DNA of 64,000 nucleotides from Edaphocola flava (GTDB lineage Bacteria; Bacteroidota; Bacteroidia; Chitinophagales; Chitinophagaceae): NCBI RefSeq assembly GCF_004118155.1, contig NZ_SAIQ01000002.1, positions 460,487 to 524,486 of the forward strand, read 5' to 3'. Shown piece by piece: positions 58,314 to 64,000 of this stretch (position 1 is its first letter; each line of letters starts with the position of its first letter). The notes under the pieces were generated by a model. It saw only the letters and a program-made list of their open reading frames with translations, ran no database searches and was not told where the DNA came from. The position numbers and the translations under genes were made by a program.

Positions 58314-59183
58314 ATGTCAGGTCAACTTAAAGAAGTAAGATTACGCATACAATCGGTTACCTCCACGCAACAGATCACCAAAGCAATGAAAATGGTGAGT
58401 GCTGCTAAACTGCGCCGTGCTCAGGATGCGATTTTGCAAATGCGTCCGTATACACAGAAGATGCAGGAAATGCTGAGCAATATCGTAAGTAGCCTTAGTG
58501 ATAATATGGTGCTGGAACTGGCAGATGAGCGTGCAATTGAGCGTGTACTGATTATCGTTATTACTTCTGACAGAGGTACTTGTGGTGCATATAATACAAA
58601 CGTAATTAAGGCGGCGAAACAACTGATCGCTGATAAATATGCCAATAAAGATGTAACTATCCTGCCTATCGGTAAGAAAGGTTATGAGTATTTCGTAAAA
58701 CATGGTTATACTGTAAATGCGGATTACTGGAGCATGTTTGCTGATCTGGGCTTTGAAAATGTAAAAAGAGCTGCGATCTATGCACAACAGGCATTCCTGA
58801 ATAAAGAATTTGATAAAGTAGAACTGGCATACAGCCAATTCAAAAATGCAGCTACTCAGGTTTTCGTAACAGAAGAATACCTGCCGATCCCTAAAGTAGA
58901 AAAAGCAGAGAATCAAAAAGAAACGGACTTCATCTTCGAACCGTCTAAAGATACCCTGATTGCAGAACTGATGCCTCGTATCCTGAATACACAAGTGTAT
59001 AAAGCCATCCTGGATGCGCATGCTTCTGAGCACGGTGCCCGTATGACTGCGATGGATAAAGCAACTGAAAATGCAAACGAGATCCTGAAAAGCCTGAAAA
59101 TCTCTTACAACAGAGCGCGCCAGGCAGCGATCACTACCGAGCTGACCGAGATCGTAAGTGGTGCAGCAGCATTACAAGGTTAA
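58314..59183 (+). CDS. atpG: F0F1 ATP synthase gamma subunit
   Basis: LKEVRLRIQSVTSTQQITKAMKMVSAAKLRRAQ N-terminal helix, conserved C-terminal helix (ITTELTEIVSGAAAL). 289 aa. Confidence 0.9.
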   Translation: MSGQLKEVRLRIQSVTSTQQITKAMKMVSAAKLRRAQDAILQMRPYTQKMQEMLSNIVSSLSDNMVLELADERAIERVLIIVITSDRGTCGAYNTNVIKAAKQLIADKYANKDVTILPIGKKGYEYFVKHGYTVNADYWSMFADLGFENVKRAAIYAQQAFLNKEFDKVELAYSQFKNAATQVFVTEEYLPIPKVEKAENQKETDFIFEPSKDTLIAELMPRILNTQVYKAILDAHASEHGARMTAMDKATENANEILKSLKISYNRARQAAITTELTEIVSGAAALQG

Positions 59184-59204
59184 TACTAAAGTATTTATAT
59201 ACAA

Positions 59205-59234
59205 AAAGCGTACTCCGAGGAGTACGCTTTTTTA
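59205..59234 (+). terminator. Rho-independent terminator of atpG
   Basis: aaagcgtactc-cgag-gagtacgcttt followed by TTTT. Confidence 0.75.
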
Positions 59235-59313
59235 TTGTCTTGAAGTGTAAAATCGCGTTAAGGGCTTTCTGGAAAATCAGGCTGTGCTTTAGCCGGAATG
59301 GAGCATTCATTAA

Positions 59314-60234
59314 TTAATACCAAAGCCTTCCTTCGACAGCGTCTATATAGCTTAATGCTTCTTTGCTGATCGGAGTACGCGGCTGGTTTTTCGGGATGCG
59401 CATTATCTTTGGCCAGGTTTTAAACCATGTTTTCAGATCAAAGCCGGTCTTTTTCAGCACGAGCAGAGACCAGAGTACTGCTGTGGTATAAAAGTACTTT
59501 TTAGGCAGGTACTTCCAGGCTACTGTCGATTTGTTGTACCACAGCATAGCCTGCTTCTCGCTATTGGTCACGCGGCCTAAAGGAGACTCTTTATGCAGGA
59601 CTTTAACTGCTTCGCTATAACCTATTGTATATCCTGCATTTAAAATACGGAATCCCAGATCATACTCTTCTGTACCGTAAAAGAAAGTGGTGGGATATAA
59701 GCCAATCTCGTTGAATAAGGCCCTGCGTACCAAATGGGCCCCTCCGATAAAATAAGAGGTCAGGAATTGTTGACGGCCTATATATTTTGATTGTTTCTTA
59801 TGTGGGAACGCATTTTTCTGACGCTCCAGCGTATCATAGTAAAATACGCAGAAACTAACTATTGCAGTATTGTTCTGGGCAAACAGTGGCTCATTAAAGG
59901 TGCAGGCAGCATTGCGAATACCATTGACATCGTCAAAAACCACATCATCATCCAGCACTAAGAGCAGGGGATATTTTGCCTCCTGGATCAGGTAATTTCT
60001 TCCGCGGGCCACCCCGAGGTTTTCTGTGTGTTCAATATAGCGGATATTCATTTCCGGATGCTCCGCAATATAAGCTTTAAGGCGGTCGTAAGAAACGGTA
60101 GAAGCATTATTTAAAAGCAATACTTCTCCTATATACAGATCATAATCTACCTGGGTTTTAAGGCTTTTTAATAACTCCAGAGTATCTTCTTCACGGTTAT
60201 AGGTAATGATGAGTATGCTTAAACGTTCCGTCAT
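59314..60234 (-). CDS. Glycosyltransferase family 2
   Basis: LSILIITYNREEDTLELLKSL start, DxD-type LVLDDDVVF motif. 306 aa. Confidence 0.8.
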   Translation of the reverse strand: MTERLSILIITYNREEDTLELLKSLKTQVDYDLYIGEVLLLNNASTVSYDRLKAYIAEHPEMNIRYIEHTENLGVARGRNYLIQEAKYPLLLVLDDDVVFDDVNGIRNAACTFNEPLFAQNNTAIVSFCVFYYDTLERQKNAFPHKKQSKYIGRQQFLTSYFIGGAHLVRRALFNEIGLYPTTFFYGTEEYDLGFRILNAGYTIGYSEAVKVLHKESPLGRVTNSEKQAMLWYNKSTVAWKYLPKKYFYTTAVLWSLLVLKKTGFDLKTWFKTWPKIMRIPKNQPRTPISKEALSYIDAVEGRLWY

Positions 60235-60301
60235 TCAAAAATGAATTTATAGGGAACAAATTTACAGTAATAAAACCAGATATCTTGATTAATTTCGGGG
60301 C

Positions 60302-60865
60302 ATGAATGCAGATGTAAACCGCGCTATAGAAGTATTATCCGCAGGAGGACTGATCTTGTATCCGACCGATACGGTATGGGGAATAGGGTGTGATGCCACT
60401 AATGATGAAGCCGTAAAAAAAGTGTTTGCACTCAAGCAACGCGATGACCGTAAGAGCCTGATCATTTTACTGCCGGATGCTAAATCGGTGTTTAATTATG
60501 TAGCCAATCCCATTCCCGATCTGTTGGGTCTTTTGGAGTCTTTTGACCGGCCTACTACAGTTATTTACCCGCAGGCAATAGGACTGGCTGAGCATGCGGT
60601 GCATGCCGATGGTACAGTAGCTATCCGGGTTACGAATGATCCTTTTTGTAAAACATTACTGAAACGCTATAAGAAACCGATAGTCTCCACATCTGCCAAT
60701 ATCAGCGGGATGCCCACAGCACCCACTTTTGCCGATATTGATGCGCGTATTAAAGAGGGGGTTGACTATGTGGTGGAGCATCGTCAGGACGATACCACCA
60801 TCCATCCGCCATCACGTATTGTGAAATGGGAAGAGGATGGAAGTATGACTATTATACGGGATTAA
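60302..60865 (+). CDS. tsaC: L-threonylcarbamoyladenylate synthase (YrdC/TsaC family)
   Basis: GGLILYPTDTVWGIGCDA motif, 187 aa single YrdC domain. Confidence 0.85.
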   Translation: MNADVNRAIEVLSAGGLILYPTDTVWGIGCDATNDEAVKKVFALKQRDDRKSLIILLPDAKSVFNYVANPIPDLLGLLESFDRPTTVIYPQAIGLAEHAVHADGTVAIRVTNDPFCKTLLKRYKKPIVSTSANISGMPTAPTFADIDARIKEGVDYVVEHRQDDTTIHPPSRIVKWEEDGSMTIIRD

Positions 60866-60902
60866 AATGTTGTTGCGCCGCCCGGAGGGCGGCGCAACAA
60901 CA

Positions 60903-62141
60903 TTAATAAAACTTTCTTTTAGGCTTGTTGCCGGTATTTTTAGACTCCGGTTTACCGGATTGTCCGCCCTCTTGCTGAGGTTCTCTCTTGCTGCCTTTGT
61001 ACAGTTCATATTCAAACAGACGGCATTCGATCTTACTGTTATAAAACGGTATTCTGCGGCTGGCTTTCAGGCCTATTTTGCGGGCCAGATCCATAGTTCC
61101 GGTAAAGATATAACCGGTATAGCCTGCACATTTCTGTTTAAAGAAATCACCGATGCGGGCATAGGTATGCTCCAGTTCTTCCAGCTCGCCCAGGCGATCA
61201 CCATATTCAGGATTCATAAATACGATACCATCAGCATTCGGAGGTACTGTCGTTTCGGCAAAGTCACATACCTCAAAGGTGATCAGGTCTTTAACCCCGG
61301 CAGCAATCGCATTTTTCTGTGCATTGATGATGGCATCATGACTGATGTCCGACGCTACTACCTTTAGTTCCGGCAGGTCTATGATCTGATCTTCGAGTAA
61401 GGCATCTTCAGATTCATATACCGCCTCATCGTACCCTTTCAGGTGCATAAAGGCATAATTGGTACGGAAGAGGCCCGGTCTGCGGCGGGTTGCGATCAGC
61501 AAGGCCTCGATGGCCAGCGTTCCGGAACCACACATGGGGTTGATGAACGGGCTTTTATGATCCCATTTAGTTGTTAGTATTGTTGCAGCCGCTAATGCTT
61601 CCAGCATGGGTGCTCTGCCCGGTATTTTACGGTAGCCATGACGGCCTATAGAGTTACCAGTAGTATCGAGGAAGAGTTCTGCATCCTCATTTTTCCAGAA
61701 CAGGTGCACCACCACGCCCCTCAGTTCGGCGCCGGTATCGGGTCTCTGGCCGCTGCGTTTCCTGCACTGGTCTACAATAGCATCCTTCACCCGCAGGTTG
61801 GCAAACATATTATTGTTGATTGTAGGATGCATTACATTGCTGGTGATGGAAAAATAACTGTCATCGTCCATAACCGTACTCCAGTCGATCTGCGAGGTGT
61901 TTTCATACACATCATCTGCATTATCAGCCTTGAACTTTTTCAGGCTGAATAATACCTGGCTGGCACAATGCAGATTCAGGTTCAGCCTGATACAATCATT
62001 CAGACTGCCTTGCAGTATGACACCTGTCGGGAATGTTTGTGTTACCGCAAAGCCCAGGGCCTTAACTTCCCGCGCCAGCGCATCTGACAAATGTTTGTGG
62101 CAGGTAATGGTTATATTACTGTTATCTTGGAATGAAAGCAT
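60903..62141 (-). CDS. THUMP-domain class I SAM-dependent RNA (guanine-N2) methyltransferase (RlmL/YpsC-like)
   Basis: N-terminal ferredoxin-like/THUMP region; methyltransferase motif I (PMCGSGTLAIEA) and the DPPY-like NPEYG motif. Start set at MLSFQ (the ORF is open to 62192). Confidence 0.75.
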   Translation of the reverse strand: MLSFQDNSNITITCHKHLSDALAREVKALGFAVTQTFPTGVILQGSLNDCIRLNLNLHCASQVLFSLKKFKADNADDVYENTSQIDWSTVMDDDSYFSITSNVMHPTINNNMFANLRVKDAIVDQCRKRSGQRPDTGAELRGVVVHLFWKNEDAELFLDTTGNSIGRHGYRKIPGRAPMLEALAAATILTTKWDHKSPFINPMCGSGTLAIEALLIATRRRPGLFRTNYAFMHLKGYDEAVYESEDALLEDQIIDLPELKVVASDISHDAIINAQKNAIAAGVKDLITFEVCDFAETTVPPNADGIVFMNPEYGDRLGELEELEHTYARIGDFFKQKCAGYTGYIFTGTMDLARKIGLKASRRIPFYNSKIECRLFEYELYKGSKREPQQEGGQSGKPESKNTGNKPKRKFY

Positions 62142-62214
62142 AAGAAAGACTGTCCTCTTTTTTGAAAGAGAACGAACCTGCAAAATTTGCAAAAAAAATT
62201 GGCTATGACAAATG

Positions 62215-63063
62215 CTATTTTAAAGACTGGTGGTATGTCTTCAATCCGTCGATAGGACTTTTGACAATACTACCCACACTGAGACCGTATTGGTCTATAA
62301 CGCTGAGCAGCACATCTTTGAATTCGAAGGCTACTGATCCTACAAAATGAATAGGGTATTTCCAGCTTTCGCGGTATTTCAGCAGGTTTTTGGTGAAGAA
62401 TTCCAGTAAGGTATCTTCGATAATGTTTTCGATCATATAATGCCCCCTGTGATCGGTCAGGAATTCGGTGAAGCTGGCCAGGTAACGATTGGCCAGGGGC
62501 TCTTTATATACTTTATGCAATACACCCGGCAGGTCATTGCCATATTTATTGATAAATGCCTCGTGCAGATCGCCGTCGAATGTCTGGTAGAAGAAGTGTT
62601 GCAGTACTTTACGGCCCATAGCCGTTCCGCTGCCTTCATCGCCCAGGATATAGCCTAAAGAGGGATGTTGTTTGGTAATCTTGCTGCCATCATAGAAGCA
62701 GGAGTTGCTGCCAGTACCCAGTATGGCAGTTACACCTTTTTCCTGTTTGCAGGTCGCACGGGAGGCGCCCAGCATATCCGTATGCACAAAAACATCTTTA
62801 ATGCCCAGGTGCTGTTTCAGGATAGAGGTCATGGTCTTCTGGTTCTGAGGGGCTTTTACACCTGCGCTGTAGAAGTACACTTCAGATATATCATCTTTAG
62901 CCTTGCCCAGCTTCAACTCTCTCTGCAGCATATCCAGACACTCCGTTTCGGTAATGAAGTACGGATTAATGCCGCCGGTGGTCAGCTTTTTAGCTTTTTT
63001 TTCATCAAGCAAACACCACTCGGTTTTGGTTGAGCCACTATCGGCAATAAGTGTAAAGGACAT
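62215..63063 (-). CDS. BadF/BadG/BcrA/BcrD-type ATPase (N-acetylglucosamine kinase-like)
   Basis: MSFTLIADSGSTKTEW actin-like ATPase phosphate-1 motif; GTGS and DEGSG motifs. Start set at the second Met. Confidence 0.7.
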   Translation of the reverse strand: MSFTLIADSGSTKTEWCLLDEKKAKKLTTGGINPYFITETECLDMLQRELKLGKAKDDISEVYFYSAGVKAPQNQKTMTSILKQHLGIKDVFVHTDMLGASRATCKQEKGVTAILGTGSNSCFYDGSKITKQHPSLGYILGDEGSGTAMGRKVLQHFFYQTFDGDLHEAFINKYGNDLPGVLHKVYKEPLANRYLASFTEFLTDHRGHYMIENIIEDTLLEFFTKNLLKYRESWKYPIHFVGSVAFEFKDVLLSVIDQYGLSVGSIVKSPIDGLKTYHQSLK

Positions 63064-63268
63064 AACAGCAGATTTGAAAAAGGTTGTAATTAGAGCCCTC
63101 AGCGGCCTCATATAATTAGTGCCTAAAGATAGTCAAGAAATCGGTCCTGCCAAATAAAAAGTGCGCTTTCTGAACAGTTTTAGCAAAATTTAAAATTATC
63201 AACTCCCGGTCGGGGAAGTAGTATAAAATTGTATATTTGTGCACCAAATTAACGGTACAATAATTTTT

Positions 63269-64000
63269 ATGTCAGAAACAGCAAAAAGAGTCATTAAAGC
63301 ACCAACCGGAAGCACCTTGAATTGTAAAGACTGGGTTACAGAAGCGGCCTACCGCATGATCCAGAATAACCTGGACCCTGAAGTGGCAGAGCGTCCGGAA
63401 GATCTGGTGGTTTACGGTGGTATCGGTAAAGCAGCCCGTAACTGGGAGAGTTTTGATAAAATACTGGAATGCCTGAGAAACCTGGAAGAAGACCAGACTT
63501 TGATGGTACAGAGCGGTAAACCTGTAGGTATACTGCGTTCACATAAAGATGCCCCTAGAGTATTGATCGCAAACTCAAACCTGGTAGGCAAATGGGCAAC
63601 CTGGGAGCACTTTCGCGAACTGGAAGCCAAAGGATTAATGATGTACGGGCAGATGACTGCCGGTAGCTGGATCTATATCGGATCTCAGGGTATTGTACAA
63701 GGTACTTATGAGACCTATTTATCCCTGGCTAATATGCACTATAATGGTACGCTGAAAGGAACCTTGAACGTTACTGCCGGTTTAGGTGGTATGGGTGGCG
63801 CTCAGCCCCTGGCCATCACCATGAATGAAGGGGTTTGTCTGGCTGCTGAGATCGAACAATGGCGTATGGACAAGCGTATCGAAACCCGCTACCTGGATGA
63901 AAGCTATGCAGATATAGACCAGGCCATAGACCGCGCGTTACAAGCCAAAGAAAATAAAGAAGCCGTTTCTATCGGTGTATGCTGTAATGTAGTAGACCTG
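63269..64000 (+). CDS. hutU: Urocanate hydratase (5' portion; runs off the window end)
   Basis: [22 protein letters not shown]...[18 protein letters not shown]...[11 protein letters not shown]...LIANSNLV...[26 protein letters not shown] matches HutU nearly position for position. Not in the supplied ORF table because it has no stop within the window. Confidence 0.9.
   Translation, partial: MSETAKRVIKAPTGSTLNCKDWVTEAAYRMIQNNLDPEVAERPEDLVVYGGIGKAARNWESFDKILECLRNLEEDQTLMVQSGKPVGILRSHKDAPRVLIANSNLVGKWATWEHFRELEAKGLMMYGQMTAGSWIYIGSQGIVQGTYETYLSLANMHYNGTLKGTLNVTAGLGGMGGAQPLAITMNEGVCLAAEIEQWRMDKRIETRYLDESYADIDQAIDRALQAKENKEAVSIGVCCNVVDL

Noticed and set aside
58341-59033. 230-aa minus-strand ORF inside atpG
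   Set aside because: Antisense to a highly conserved gene; Cys/Phe-rich nonsense translation.

Overview
This looks like a chromosomal segment from a Bacteroidota genome, plausibly Chitinophagaceae- or Sphingobacteriia-like. That placement is an inference from T9SS C-terminal sorting domains, SBBP repeats, a futalosine-pathway gene and recurring TAnnTTTG -7 promoter motifs. The window is densely coding on both strands. Housekeeping genes include fusA, sdaA, cmk, lpdA, purQ, panD, radA, atpG, tsaC, mqnD and the 5' part of hutU, which runs off the window end. Accessory content includes a 2022-aa T9SS-secreted repeat adhesin, a frameshifted SBBP-repeat T9SS type-B cargo gene, two fasciclin paralogs, an ECF sigma/anti-sigma pair next to msrB, and a Fur-family regulator next to a Zn/Cd-type P1B ATPase. 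It also includes a blaI-blaR1-like pair, a secreted TNT-like NAD-glycohydrolase toxin candidate with a small downstream partner, and a structured ~225-bp intergenic repeat family present at three loci. The most unusual locus is a tightly packed, terminator-insulated four-gene minus-strand operon at 39859-44631. It encodes a PLD-superfamily double-HKD enzyme, a permuted-papain (C92/YiiX/LRAT-like) enzyme, a 126-aa protein and a 763-aa protein. The 763-aa protein has no signal peptide and carries a central glycine-zipper two-helix transmembrane hairpin between two large soluble domains. I could not assign this combination to any characterised system. No rRNA, tRNA or CRISPR array was seen.
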